From the NCBI GenBank assembly GCA_963668175.1, contig OY764159.1, forward strand, positions 1,216,001 through 1,280,000: a stretch of DNA of 64,000 bases, written 5' to 3'. Made by a program: the position numbers and the translations under genes. Below the pieces are notes generated by a model. The model was given only the letters and a program-made list of their open reading frames with translations. It ran no database searches and was not told where the DNA came from. The stretch is from Syntrophales bacterium. Lineage in GTDB: Bacteria > Desulfobacterota > Syntrophia > Syntrophales > PHBD01. Positions 47,523 through 59,435 of this stretch are shown one piece after another (the stretch's first letter is position 1; every line of letters starts with the position of its first letter).

Positions 47523-49463
47523 ATGAAAATTTCAGCACAGACAATTGCGGAAAGAATTACGCCGAAGGATTTGAAGGAGAAAGGCGTTCGCTACGTCCTC
47601 GACAAGATCCGCCGGACCAAAGACTACTACATCACCAATACGGAAAGGGATGGCTCCCAATCCGATTTCAAGAATCGCATCATGCCCCATACGCAGCTTC
47701 TGGTCGCCCAGGAGCGAAATGCCGCCGGGTTCTTTTCTCTGGAGATCACCGGCGGGGCCTCTATCCATGTGGATATGCTGCGCAAGCAGATCAATCCCCT
47801 GGAGAAGCTGCAGATCCTGGAGGCGAAGATGCCGGACACGATGTTTCAGACGCTTTGCCGCGGCATCAACCTGTTCGGTTACCGGCCCTATCCGGAAAAC
47901 GTCGTCAGGGAAACGGTGCGAAGCTTTGCCCGGTACGTACATATATGGCGCGTTTTCGACTTTCTGAACCATATCCCGAATATGGTCGCCGTATTCGAGG
48001 AAGTGAAGGCCGCCGGCTGCATCCTTCAGCCGTCCATCTGCTTCTCGACCGGCCCCGAACATACGGATGAGTTCTATGTGAAGAAAGTTGGCCAGATTCT
48101 CGATGTTACGGGGGAAGACATCATCCTTTGCATCAAGAACCACGGCGGCCTGGGAACGCCGAGAAGAATGGGCGAGCTTGTCAGGGCCATCATTGCGAAG
48201 TATCCGGACATGATCATTCAATACCACGGCCACAACACCGACGGTTCCGACACGGGCCGGATCGTGGAATCGGTCAAAAACGGTGCCAAGATCATTGATG
48301 CGAGCGACCATGCCTTTTCCGGCTTTTACGGTCCCCCGCCCCTCCTCAACGTCATCGACGTCCTCGATGATCTCGGCTACCATGCCGCGGGTCTCGACCG
48401 CCAAGCGGTTATCGACACGTCGAACAAACTGCGGCCGGAGAGAGAGTACTACAAGGATTTTGAGTCCCAGTTCATGGGATTCGATCCTACCGTCCAGATC
48501 CACAAGCTTCCGGGCGGCGCCACGGGATCGAGCTTCGAACAGGCGGTCAAGGGCGGCTTCCTGCATCTGATGCCCCATATCCTCCAGAATGAGCTGCCGC
48601 GCGTGCAGATCGAACTGGGAAACTGGTGGAGCGTCACACCGGGTTCGCAGATATTGTGGACGACGGCCGTCAACAACGTCCTCAAGGGTGTCCGTTATAA
48701 GGATGCCAGCGACGACCTGAAAAATGTCATGCTGGGGAGATACGGAGATTTCCCGTTCTACCGCCCGGCGGACGACGTCTATAAGGCCGTGTTCGGACCC
48801 GACTGGAAGAAGATCGTCGAATGCGATACCTGCTATCAGAAAATCGAGGATATCGACCTCGACGTGGAAAAAAAGGTCCTGGAGAAACGGCTGGGTCGGT
48901 TGGCCACGGACGACGAACTGGTCCTTTACCTGCAGCACCCCAACGATGCCGTCGAATTTTTCAAGTTTGAAGCCAAATACGGCAAGACCTGGGTCCTCTC
49001 GCCGAAAATCTGGTTCCGGAAAGGCGGCTTCGGGCTGGGAGACAAGTTCGATTTTGCCGACGCTTACGGACGCCAGCATACCATCGAGATCGGTCCGCAG
49101 CGCAAAACCAAGACGGGCGATACCGTGACCTACATGGTGATCGACCACCATCCCGAACCGGTACTGACGCAGATCCAGGAAGAGAGCGGCGACCAGAAGA
49201 GAAAAATCAGCCTGAGCAGCAAGCAGATCGACGACCTTTCCAAACAGGGCGACATACGTTCCCAGATCATCGGGACCGTCAACGAGGTTGCGGTGAAGGA
49301 GGGGGACGAAGTGGCGATCGGACAGGTCCTCGTCGTTCTGGAAGCCATGAAGATGCTCAATAATATCCTCTCCGAAGTCAGCGGGAAGGTGAAAGAAGTC
49401 TTTGTGTCGCCTGGGGATAAGGTCGATGCGGGCGATCCCCTTCTTTCGATCAGCGTGGAATGA
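47523..49463 (+). CDS. pycB: Carboxyltransferase plus biotin carrier (pyruvate carboxylase subunit B/OadA-like)
   Basis: RDGSQS, HGH, PGG, VTPGSQ, EAMKM biotinylation site. Confidence 0.75.
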   Translation: MKISAQTIAERITPKDLKEKGVRYVLDKIRRTKDYYITNTERDGSQSDFKNRIMPHTQLLVAQERNAAGFFSLEITGGASIHVDMLRKQINPLEKLQILEAKMPDTMFQTLCRGINLFGYRPYPENVVRETVRSFARYVHIWRVFDFLNHIPNMVAVFEEVKAAGCILQPSICFSTGPEHTDEFYVKKVGQILDVTGEDIILCIKNHGGLGTPRRMGELVRAIIAKYPDMIIQYHGHNTDGSDTGRIVESVKNGAKIIDASDHAFSGFYGPPPLLNVIDVLDDLGYHAAGLDRQAVIDTSNKLRPEREYYKDFESQFMGFDPTVQIHKLPGGATGSSFEQAVKGGFLHLMPHILQNELPRVQIELGNWWSVTPGSQILWTTAVNNVLKGVRYKDASDDLKNVMLGRYGDFPFYRPADDVYKAVFGPDWKKIVECDTCYQKIEDIDLDVEKKVLEKRLGRLATDDELVLYLQHPNDAVEFFKFEAKYGKTWVLSPKIWFRKGGFGLGDKFDFADAYGRQHTIEIGPQRKTKTGDTVTYMVIDHHPEPVLTQIQEESGDQKRKISLSSKQIDDLSKQGDIRSQIIGTVNEVAVKEGDEVAIGQVLVVLEAMKMLNNILSEVSGKVKEVFVSPGDKVDAGDPLLSISVE

Positions 49464-49472
49464 AAGACAATG

Positions 49473-49503
49473 GCCGGTCCCGGGAAAGGCTTCCGGGACC
49501 GGC
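49473..49503 (+). terminator. GC-rich hairpin after the carboxylase operon
   Basis: GCCGGTCCCGGGA-AAGGC-TTCCGGGACCGGC; no U tract. Confidence 0.55.
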
Positions 49504-49527
49504 ATCTGCCCCCGGATAAAAGGATGC

Positions 49528-49557
49528 TTGACATAATTAGTAAATTATGAATATACA
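49528..49557 (+). promoter_or_regulatory. Promoter with palindrome upstream of M23-secA
   Basis: TTGACA-N18-TATACA; CATAATT-N4-AATTATG at 49532-49549. Confidence 0.5.
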
Positions 49558-49708
49558 CTATATATAAGTAGTAATCGTCCCTCGTAGCCAGTTCAATAAC
49601 TCATCACCGTGGACAGTGGAAGTTGGTGTCGGTGAACTTGCATTGTGTCTCATTCAAGGAATGATTGCCGGAAACCTGAGCTAATTCAGACACAACAGGA
49701 ACAAGGAT

Positions 49709-50614
49709 ATGCCGGATGATTTTTACACACTGATCGTCGTGCCCAGCGACGGCGCGTCAGTCAGGAAACTCAGTCTTTCCGTGAAGTCGCTTCTTCGCCT
49801 TGCCGCGTCTGCAGGTGTCGTCCTTCTGGTGACGGGATACTTGGCCTACGACTATATCGATATCCAGCGGGAAAAGTTTGAGCTGGCCCGCTTAAGGCAA
49901 CAGACGAAGGAGCAGAAGACACAGATTGACGGCCTCGTGGCCAAAGTCGATCAGTTCGGTTCCAAAATGGAAGAATTGCGTCAGATCGACAAAAAAATAA
50001 GGATTATCGCGAATCTCGAAAACAGGAAAGACAGGGAGCAACTCCTGGGGATCGGCGGGCCGGTCGACGCGGAAAGCCGAATGAATGCCAGGATGAGCAG
50101 CGACAGCAAGGCCCTCATCGAAAGCATCGACAAGAACGTCGAACAGCTGAGCCAGGATGCAACCAAGCAGGAAAAGAGCTTCACCGAACTTCTGGAGTTC
50201 CTCAAGAAACAGAAATCGATTATGGCCTCGACGCCGTCCATCTGGCCGGCCATGGGGTGGATCACCTCGGAGTTCGGCAACAGGATATCGCCCTTCACAA
50301 GTTCGCGGGAATTTCACGCCGGTATCGACATCGCGACGAGAGTCGGCAATCCCGTGAAGGCCCCCGCCGACGGTGTCGTCGCCGAAGCCGGGTACCAAAG
50401 CAGCATGGGAAACAGCATCAGGATAGAGCACGGTCATGGGTTGTCAACTTGGTATGGCCATCTCTCGAAGATTGCCGTTTCTGCGGGAAGCAGCGTTAAA
50501 AGGGGCGACGTGATCGGTTACGTGGGAACTTCGGGCCGCAGCACGGGCTCCCACTTGCATTACGGCGTATACATCAACAATGTCGCGGTCAATCCGCGGC
50601 GGTATCTCAATTGA
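49709..50614 (+). CDS. M23 family metallopeptidase (TM helix plus coiled coil)
   Basis: HAGID, YGHL, GRSTGSHLHY. Confidence 0.92.
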   Translation: MPDDFYTLIVVPSDGASVRKLSLSVKSLLRLAASAGVVLLVTGYLAYDYIDIQREKFELARLRQQTKEQKTQIDGLVAKVDQFGSKMEELRQIDKKIRIIANLENRKDREQLLGIGGPVDAESRMNARMSSDSKALIESIDKNVEQLSQDATKQEKSFTELLEFLKKQKSIMASTPSIWPAMGWITSEFGNRISPFTSSREFHAGIDIATRVGNPVKAPADGVVAEAGYQSSMGNSIRIEHGHGLSTWYGHLSKIAVSAGSSVKRGDVIGYVGTSGRSTGSHLHYGVYINNVAVNPRRYLN

Positions 50615-50661
50615 CCAGGATACGCCGGCTTCTTTAAAGGAATCGTTACCGTTTCAACGGC

Positions 50662-50689
50662 ACCGGTAAATTATTACCGGTTTTTTTTT
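50662..50689 (+). terminator. Terminator-like hairpin immediately before secA
   Basis: ACCGGTAA-ATTA-TTACCGGT followed by T8. Confidence 0.6.
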
Positions 50690-50701
50690 AGGGGATCACT
50701 T

Positions 50702-53227
<2,526 letters not shown>

Positions 53228-53262
53228 TGCCGCGAATTGACCGCAAAAAAGTGTGAGAAACC

Positions 53263-54465
53263 ATGATAAATAATGAAAAAGAGACTTATTCGGTCCCCGG
53301 ATTCCTGGCTTTCGGGGTCCCCGTCGGGATCAAGGAGGGCGGAAGAAAAGACCTGGCCCTGATCTATTCCGTGAAACCGGCCATGACCGCCGGTGTCTTT
53401 ACGACCAACTGCTTCAAGGCCGCCCCCGTGCTGCTCGATATGGAGCGGATCGGCTCCGGCGTGGCCCAGGCCATCGTCACCAACAGCGGCAACGCCAACG
53501 CCGCCAGCGGCCGGGAAGGCTATGAAGATGCCGTGCGCATGTCCCGGTCCGCCGCCGCCCATCTGCATATTCCCGAGGAGATGGTGCTGGTCGCATCGAC
53601 GGGCGTTATCGGGCACCGGCTTCCAGTAGACAAGATCGAGGCGGGTATGGGGCATTTGGTTTCGGGTCTCCATGAACACGGCATACCCGATGCCGAGGAA
53701 GCGATCATGACGACGGACCGTTTTCCCAAGATGTCGGTCCGCCGCGGCATGTTGGGCGGGAAAGAGATTACGGTCTGCGGCATCGCCAAAGGTGCCGGAA
53801 TGATTGAACCTCATATGGCGACATTGCTTGCCTATGTGATGACCGATGCCCATATCGAATTGCCGGCGTTGCGCCGGGTCCTGAAAAAATCCGTCGAAGG
53901 CACGTTCAATGCCGTGACGGTCGACGGCTGCATGAGTACCAACGATACTGTCCTGATCCTGGCTAACGGCATGGCCGGCAATCGGATGATTAAGGGAAAC
54001 TCGAAGGATTTCAAGCTTTTTACGGATATGCTGACGGAGGTCATGGCCGATTTGGCCCTGGATATGGTGAGGGACGGCGAAGGCGCCACCAAAGTCATCG
54101 ATATCCGTGTCAATGGCGCCAAGTCGGAAACCGACGCCCGGAAGATCGCCTATGCCATCGGCAGATCCGAACTGGTCAAGACGGCCTTCTTCGGAGGCGA
54201 TCCTAATTGGGGCCGGATCTTACAGGCTGCGGGTTCTGTCGGGGTGAAATTGCCCGTCGATAACGTCGAACTCCGTTTCGAGGACGCGGTTGTCTTCTCC
54301 GGAGGACGGGGCATGGCAGGCCTGAAAAAGGTATTGGAAGAGATCATGAAGCAGGACCGGATCTCGGTGACCATCGATCTGGCCATGGGCGGCCGGTCGT
54401 GGCGTCTTCTGGCATCCGATCTGACGACGGATTACGTGAAGATCAACGCTCATTACCATACGTAA
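53263..54465 (+). CDS. argJ: Ornithine acetyltransferase ArgJ
   Basis: NSGNANA, STGVIG, KGAGMIEPHMAT, STND, DGEGATK. Confidence 0.95.
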   Translation: MINNEKETYSVPGFLAFGVPVGIKEGGRKDLALIYSVKPAMTAGVFTTNCFKAAPVLLDMERIGSGVAQAIVTNSGNANAASGREGYEDAVRMSRSAAAHLHIPEEMVLVASTGVIGHRLPVDKIEAGMGHLVSGLHEHGIPDAEEAIMTTDRFPKMSVRRGMLGGKEITVCGIAKGAGMIEPHMATLLAYVMTDAHIELPALRRVLKKSVEGTFNAVTVDGCMSTNDTVLILANGMAGNRMIKGNSKDFKLFTDMLTEVMADLALDMVRDGEGATKVIDIRVNGAKSETDARKIAYAIGRSELVKTAFFGGDPNWGRILQAAGSVGVKLPVDNVELRFEDAVVFSGGRGMAGLKKVLEEIMKQDRISVTIDLAMGGRSWRLLASDLTTDYVKINAHYHT

Positions 54466-54561
54466 AATCATATGCGGAAGGTGCTCGCAAAGCGTCTTTG
54501 ACCGCCTGGGGGCGGTTAAAGCCCGGTCCACCGGACGCTTGCGTCATGGTTCTGTTTTTCC

Positions 54562-54590
54562 TTGCTTATTTGGAATCTTTATGCTATCAG
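54562..54590 (+). promoter_or_regulatory. rpsB promoter
   Basis: TTGCTT-N17-TATCAG with extended -10 TG. Confidence 0.5.
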
Positions 54591-54603
54591 CCACCGCACT
54601 TCG

Positions 54604-54673
54604 CACATCCTTGGATCGACGGGGTGTTGCTTTCCTTACGGAAAGTTCCCCGGTGAGATGAGAAGGATGGAGG
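54604..54673 (+). ncRNA. Probable rpsB (S2) autoregulatory leader
   Basis: Outer helix CATCCTT/AAGGATG, GGGGTG motif, inner CTTTCC/GGAAAG stem and TGGAGG, resembling known S2 leaders. Confidence 0.6.
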
Positions 54674-54698
54674 AATAAACAAGAAAAAGGAGTAAAAA

Positions 54699-55511
54699 AT
54701 GGCCAGTATTTCGATGAAGTTGTTGCTTGAGGCGGGGGTCCATTTCGGTCACCAGACCAACAAATGGAACCCGAAGATGAAGCCCTATATTTTCGGGGCC
54801 AGAAACGGTATTTACATTATCGACCTTCAACAGACGGTTGAGATGTTCCAGTCGGCGTACCAGTTTGTCGTGGACACGGTTGCCGCCGGGGGGACGCTCC
54901 TGTTTGTCGGGACAAAGAAACAGTCGCAGGAGGCGATCAGGGAAGAGGCGTTGCGGTGCGGCATGCCCTATGTCAACCAGAGATGGCTCGGAGGGATGCT
55001 GACGAACTTTACAACGATCAAGAAGAGCATCGACCGGCTCAACTATCTGGATAAGATGTTCGAAGACGACAGCATCAAGGCCTTTCCCAAGAAAGAGGCC
55101 CTCAAACTCCAGAAGGAAAGGGACAAACTGCAGAAGGTGCTGGGTGGAATCCGGACGATCAAGAGCCAACCCCGCGGATTGTTTATCGTCGACCCGAAAC
55201 GGGAAGACATCGCCGTCAACGAGGCCAAAAAATTGAAGGTTCCGTTGGTTGCCATTGTGGATACGAACTGCGATCCCGATGATATCGATTATGTCATCCC
55301 CGGAAACGACGATGCCATCAGGGCCATAAAACTTTTCTCGTCGCGGATTGCCGATGCCGTCATGGAAGGCAAAAAACGGTTGGAGGAGAAAATCCAGGCG
55401 GAAAGCGACAAGGGTTCGGCAGCGGCGCCCCCGGCAGCGCCGGTCGCTCAGGACGACGAAGAGCCGGATGTCCCGGAGAGTGTCGAGACGAAAAATCAGG
55501 TTGAAGGATAA
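54699..55511 (+). CDS. rpsB: 30S ribosomal protein S2
   Basis: [22 protein letters not shown]. Confidence 0.98.
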   Translation: MASISMKLLLEAGVHFGHQTNKWNPKMKPYIFGARNGIYIIDLQQTVEMFQSAYQFVVDTVAAGGTLLFVGTKKQSQEAIREEALRCGMPYVNQRWLGGMLTNFTTIKKSIDRLNYLDKMFEDDSIKAFPKKEALKLQKERDKLQKVLGGIRTIKSQPRGLFIVDPKREDIAVNEAKKLKVPLVAIVDTNCDPDDIDYVIPGNDDAIRAIKLFSSRIADAVMEGKKRLEEKIQAESDKGSAAAPPAAPVAQDDEEPDVPESVETKNQVEG

Positions 55512-55544
55512 GGACTGAACAAGGGAAACGAGGAGGTACCTACA

Positions 55545-56150
55545 TTGGAAATTACATCGGCAATGGTGAAAGATTTGCGGGTTAAGACCGGTGCCGGCAT
55601 GATGGATTGCAAAGAGGCGCTGGCGGCATCTGACGGGGATTTTGAAAAGGCGATCGATTATCTGAGGAAAAAAGGGATGTCGGCCGCGACGAAACGTTCC
55701 TCAAAGGCGGCCAAGGACGGAACGATCACGTCCTACATCCATATGGGCGGAAAAATCGGCGTCCTCATCGAAATCAACTGTGAGACGGATTTTGTCGCCA
55801 AAACGGACGATTTTCAGAATATGGCGAAAGACATCGCCATGCATATCGCTGCCACGAATCCTCTCTACCTGAGCGCGGAAGAGATAACATCCGAGGCCCT
55901 GGAGCGGGAAAAGGCCATCTACAAGGATCAGTTGATGGCCGAGAAGAAACCCGAGAAAATCTGGGACAAGATCATCGAAGGCAAGCTTAAGAAATATTAC
56001 GAGGAAGTCTGCCTTCTCGATCAGAAATTCGTGAAGGATCAGGATATTACCGTGAGTACCCTGGTGAAGAATATGATTGCGAAAACGGGCGAAAACATCA
56101 TCGTGAGGCGCTTCGCCCGCTTTCAACTGGGCGAAGAAATCAAAAAGTAA
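55545..56150 (+). CDS. tsf: Elongation factor Ts (short form)
   Basis: TTG start after GAGGAGG; TGAGMMDCK, NCETDFVA. Confidence 0.97.
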   Translation: MEITSAMVKDLRVKTGAGMMDCKEALAASDGDFEKAIDYLRKKGMSAATKRSSKAAKDGTITSYIHMGGKIGVLIEINCETDFVAKTDDFQNMAKDIAMHIAATNPLYLSAEEITSEALEREKAIYKDQLMAEKKPEKIWDKIIEGKLKKYYEEVCLLDQKFVKDQDITVSTLVKNMIAKTGENIIVRRFARFQLGEEIKK

Positions 56151-56162
56151 TTGTTCCTCATG

Positions 56163-56194
56163 CAGGGGAGATATAACTGGTTATATCTCCCCTG
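56163..56194. repeat. Perfect 15-bp inverted repeat between tsf and pyrH
   Basis: CAGGGGAGATATAAC-TG-GTTATATCTCCCCTG. Confidence 0.85.
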
Positions 56195-56292
56195 TTGTCT
56201 CATGACCGCACAGCCATGCCGCTCCGGCGCAAACGGCCGCTCCCTGGGAGAAGCCGCGCCGCTTCGGGATAAGGCCGCGGGGGACGGTGAAT

Positions 56293-57009
56293 ATGAGTGG
56301 GTCCGTATATAAGAGAATATTGCTCAAACTGAGCGGGGAAGCCCTGATGGGTAAAGGCACCTTCGGAATCGATCCGGGAGTGGTTGCCGCCATTGCCGCG
56401 CAGGTCAAGGAGGTCCATGAACTCGGTGTGCAACTGGGGCTTGTCGTCGGCGGAGGAAATATCTTCCGCGGGCTTGAAGCCAGCGCCAAAGGCATGGACA
56501 GGACCGGGGCGGATTATATGGGCATGATGGCCACGGTCATCAACAGCCTGGCGCTCCAGAACGCCCTGGAACAGATCGGTGTTCCGACACGCGTCCTGAC
56601 CGCCATCGAGATGAAAGAGGTGGCGGAACCGTTTATCCAAAGAAGGGCCGTACGTCACCTGGAGAAGGGCAGGGTGCTCGTGTTCGGCGGAGGCACGGGG
56701 AACCCGTTCTTTACGACCGACACGGCCGCCGCGCTTCGAGCGGTGGAGATCAAGGCCGAAGTCCTGATGAAGGCCACCAAGGTGGACGGCGTCTACGACA
56801 AGGATCCTGTCAAGGATGCCACGGCGGTGAAATTCGACCAGTTGAGTTTCACGGAAGTCCTGACCCGGAATCTGAAAGTCATGGATGCCACGGCTATTTC
56901 GCTTTGCCGCGACAACAATCTTCCTTTGATGGTCTTTAACCTGCAAAAAGAAGGCAACATCAAGCGCGTCGTCTGCGGCGAAGCCATCGGAACGATAATC
57001 GGAGGATAA
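56293..57009 (+). CDS. pyrH: UMP kinase
   Basis: [25 protein letters not shown]. Confidence 0.97.
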   Translation: MSGSVYKRILLKLSGEALMGKGTFGIDPGVVAAIAAQVKEVHELGVQLGLVVGGGNIFRGLEASAKGMDRTGADYMGMMATVINSLALQNALEQIGVPTRVLTAIEMKEVAEPFIQRRAVRHLEKGRVLVFGGGTGNPFFTTDTAAALRAVEIKAEVLMKATKVDGVYDKDPVKDATAVKFDQLSFTEVLTRNLKVMDATAISLCRDNNLPLMVFNLQKEGNIKRVVCGEAIGTIIGG

Positions 57010-57012
57010 TGT

Positions 57013-57570
57013 ATGAAAGAAAAGATATTCAGCGATTTGAAGGATGACATGGACAAGACCATCCAGTCCCTCGAAAAATCTTTCAGCAAGTTGCGCACGG
57101 GCAGGGCCTCCTTGTCCCTGTTGGACGGCATCAAGGTCGATTATTACGGTGCGCCGACGCCCATCAACCAGGTGGCCAATCTCTCGGTCCCCGAGAGCCG
57201 TCTTATCGTCATATCGCCGTGGGACAGCAGCATTATCGGCGCCATCGAGAAGGCCATCCAGAAATCGGATTTGGGACTCATGCCCTCCAACGACGGCAAG
57301 GTGATCCGCATCTCGATTCCGGTGCTGACGGAAGAGCGGCGCAAGGAACTCGTCAAGGTTGGAAAGAAGATGGCCGAAGAGGCGAAAGTGAAACTGAGAA
57401 ATTCCAGACGGGACGCGAACGAACGGCTCAAGACCTTGAAAAAGGACAACAAAATATCGGAAGACGAGATGTTCACCTTTCAGGAAGACGTACAGAAAAG
57501 GATGGATAAATATATCGAAAAGACGGATGCCGTTTTCCAGGCTAAAGAGAAGGAGATCATGGAGATTTAG
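57013..57570 (+). CDS. frr: Ribosome recycling factor
   Basis: [23 protein letters not shown]. Confidence 0.97.
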   Translation: MKEKIFSDLKDDMDKTIQSLEKSFSKLRTGRASLSLLDGIKVDYYGAPTPINQVANLSVPESRLIVISPWDSSIIGAIEKAIQKSDLGLMPSNDGKVIRISIPVLTEERRKELVKVGKKMAEEAKVKLRNSRRDANERLKTLKKDNKISEDEMFTFQEDVQKRMDKYIEKTDAVFQAKEKEIMEI

Positions 57571-57602
57571 AAATCGGGCCGTTATAAAAGGTTGATTTCC
57601 GG

Positions 57603-57633
57603 GCGGGATATCTTACGGGTATCCCGCTTTTTT
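57603..57633 (+). terminator. Intrinsic terminator after frr
   Basis: GCGGGATA-N9-TATCCCGC followed by T6. Confidence 0.8.
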
Positions 57634-57696
57634 GTTGCGCAGCTGTGAATGCGTCTTGGTCTCCGGGACGCCGGCCGGGACGGCGCGGTCCGTTTT

Positions 57697-58371
57697 TTAT
57701 GTGCGATCAGACAGGATTGCGAGAATGTCCGCCGCCGCCGAAAAGACATAGTCGGCCCCCGCTTGCGTAAGGGCGTCCCGGGAAGAATTGCCCGTCAGAA
57801 CGCCGGCTGTCAGAACGCCTGCGTTCTGACCCGCTTTGATGTCCAGGGGATGGTCGCCGACCATCATGGCATGCTCCGGCAGGACGGCAAGGCTCTTCAG
57901 TGCCGCAAGGAGATGCTCGGGATGGGGTTTCACATGGTTGGTCTGCTCCCGGGGGATAAAGGCGTCGCAGTGGGACGAAATATCCGGAAAAATGGTCGTT
58001 ACGGCCTGCCGGCAGTTACGGGTGATCACCGCGGATTTGACGTGCCGCTTCTTGAGTTCCAGGAGCATTTCCCTGCTGCCGGGAAGGAGGGAACCTGTCC
58101 GGGCGGCGGCTATTTCGATAGCCGCAACGGCGGCGCAGGCATCGGCATGAAAGCGTTTCGCCAGGCGAGGTTCCCTTCCCGCTATGATTTGCCCCGCCGT
58201 TTCGATGGCTTCCAGAACGTGAAGGCCTTCGATGGCCGTCGTCTCGACGCCCCTGTCCGCAGCGAGCGAAAGAACAGTCCGCTTCATCGCTGCAAAATCG
58301 ATATTGAGTTCGGCGAGCGTGCCGTCAAAATCGAAGACGACGCCGGCCAGGGTAAGGGCTTGCATGGTCAT
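57697..58371 (-). CDS. HAD family hydrolase (phosphoglycolate phosphatase-like)
   Basis: FDFDGTL, ITRN, KPHP, VGD; ATGA overlap with the upstream Nudix gene. Confidence 0.88.
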   Translation of the reverse strand: MTMQALTLAGVVFDFDGTLAELNIDFAAMKRTVLSLAADRGVETTAIEGLHVLEAIETAGQIIAGREPRLAKRFHADACAAVAAIEIAAARTGSLLPGSREMLLELKKRHVKSAVITRNCRQAVTTIFPDISSHCDAFIPREQTNHVKPHPEHLLAALKSLAVLPEHAMMVGDHPLDIKAGQNAGVLTAGVLTGNSSRDALTQAGADYVFSAAADILAILSDRT

Positions 58372-59225
58372 TTGTGCCCCCGCGTATAGTTGTCCGGCAA
58401 GTCCCTTTCGATCGTCCTTTGCGACTGCCAGTGGGGCAGATCGTAACCGGCCACGGTCTTCAGGAAGTTGACGATGATATAGAAGGTCGCCCCCCACAGG
58501 ACATGCTCGTGGTCCCGGTCGTCCCTGCACACAAGGCAGGGGAATTCCCCATAACGTATCTGCCCGGATTGTTCCCGGTCCCTATAGCCGATAACGAACC
58601 TTGCGAAGTTGGTTTGATCGTAAAACGACCGCAACGGAATTTCGATGATCTGCTCGACCTCATGGTTGGCCCTGAGCGGCCAGGGATGCTTGACAAAGCC
58701 GACGAGAGGAAAGATCGTCCGCCGAAAGAGGATAAGGTCGTAGGTGGCGAAAGGACCGAGAAACCGCAGATTGAAGGGATTAAACCGGATTTCTTCCCAG
58801 GATTCCCGCAGGGCGTTGGTCAGGTAGAGGGTAATCAGCCGATAGGTTTCCCTGTCCCGCGCTTGCGCGTAAGCCCATCCTTTCCCTTGGAGATTGGGAA
58901 GAAAGCCGAACCGGACAAACCTGTCCAGGAACTGATCCACGGAGGGATGGAGCATCCCGCCGGGGCAGCTGATGTCGCCCGGCTGGGCGACATTGGCCGA
59001 ACGCTTGATAAGGAGAAAAGAAAAATCGCCCTGATCCCTGCTGCCTGCGGCTTCCTTGAAGTTTAACAGCAGAAGTACACCGGCCGTCCTGCGCGAGTCG
59101 CCCGTTTCCGATATTTTCCCGGGTTTCGGCGCCTTTTGCAGGAAATCGAGCGGTGCCAGGGCCAGTTTCTCGGTGACCCTGTCCAGGAAATCTTCTCTGC
59201 TCGACAGGTATGAGGGAGGCATCAT
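58368..59225 (-). CDS. Nudix hydrolase, CoA pyrophosphatase-like
   Basis: LIKRS, GDISCPGG, ALRESWEE, LWGAT. Confidence 0.8.
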   Translation of the reverse strand: MMPPSYLSSREDFLDRVTEKLALAPLDFLQKAPKPGKISETGDSRRTAGVLLLLNFKEAAGSRDQGDFSFLLIKRSANVAQPGDISCPGGMLHPSVDQFLDRFVRFGFLPNLQGKGWAYAQARDRETYRLITLYLTNALRESWEEIRFNPFNLRFLGPFATYDLILFRRTIFPLVGFVKHPWPLRANHEVEQIIEIPLRSFYDQTNFARFVIGYRDREQSGQIRYGEFPCLVCRDDRDHEHVLWGATFYIIVNFLKTVAGYDLPHWQSQRTIERDLPDNYTRGHK

Positions 59226-59256
59226 GGTACTCAGCTTATGTCGGCTGTTGAAAAGT

Positions 59257-59285
59257 AAAAAGCCTGACGCGGCAGCCAGGCTTTT
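59257..59285 (-). terminator. Terminator after tRNA-Met
   Basis: Minus strand AAAAGCCTGGC-TGCCGC-GTCAGGCTTTT(T). Confidence 0.7.
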
Positions 59286-59295
59286 CGAGGTTATT

Positions 59296-59372
59296 TGGTG
59301 GCGGTGCAGGGAATTGAACCCCGGACACTACGGATATGAGCCGTATGCTCTAACCGGCTGAGCTACACCGCC
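59296..59372 (-). tRNA. tRNA-Met(CAT), elongator type
   Basis: GGCGGTGTAGCTCAGCCGGTTAGAGCATACGGCTCATATCCGTAGTGTCCGGGGTTCAATTCCCTGCACCGCCACCA; G1:C72 is paired, so not initiator. Confidence 0.93.
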
Positions 59373-59435
59373 AGTCTGTCTTCCTTAAGGAACAGGAAAG
59401 ATCGGTTATAACAATTTGCGGTAAATGTCAACCCC

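Noticed and set aside
57793..57830. Direct and inverted repeats of GTCAGAACGC
   Set aside because: Lie inside the HAD gene and encode the ordinary GQNAGVLTAGVLTG segment
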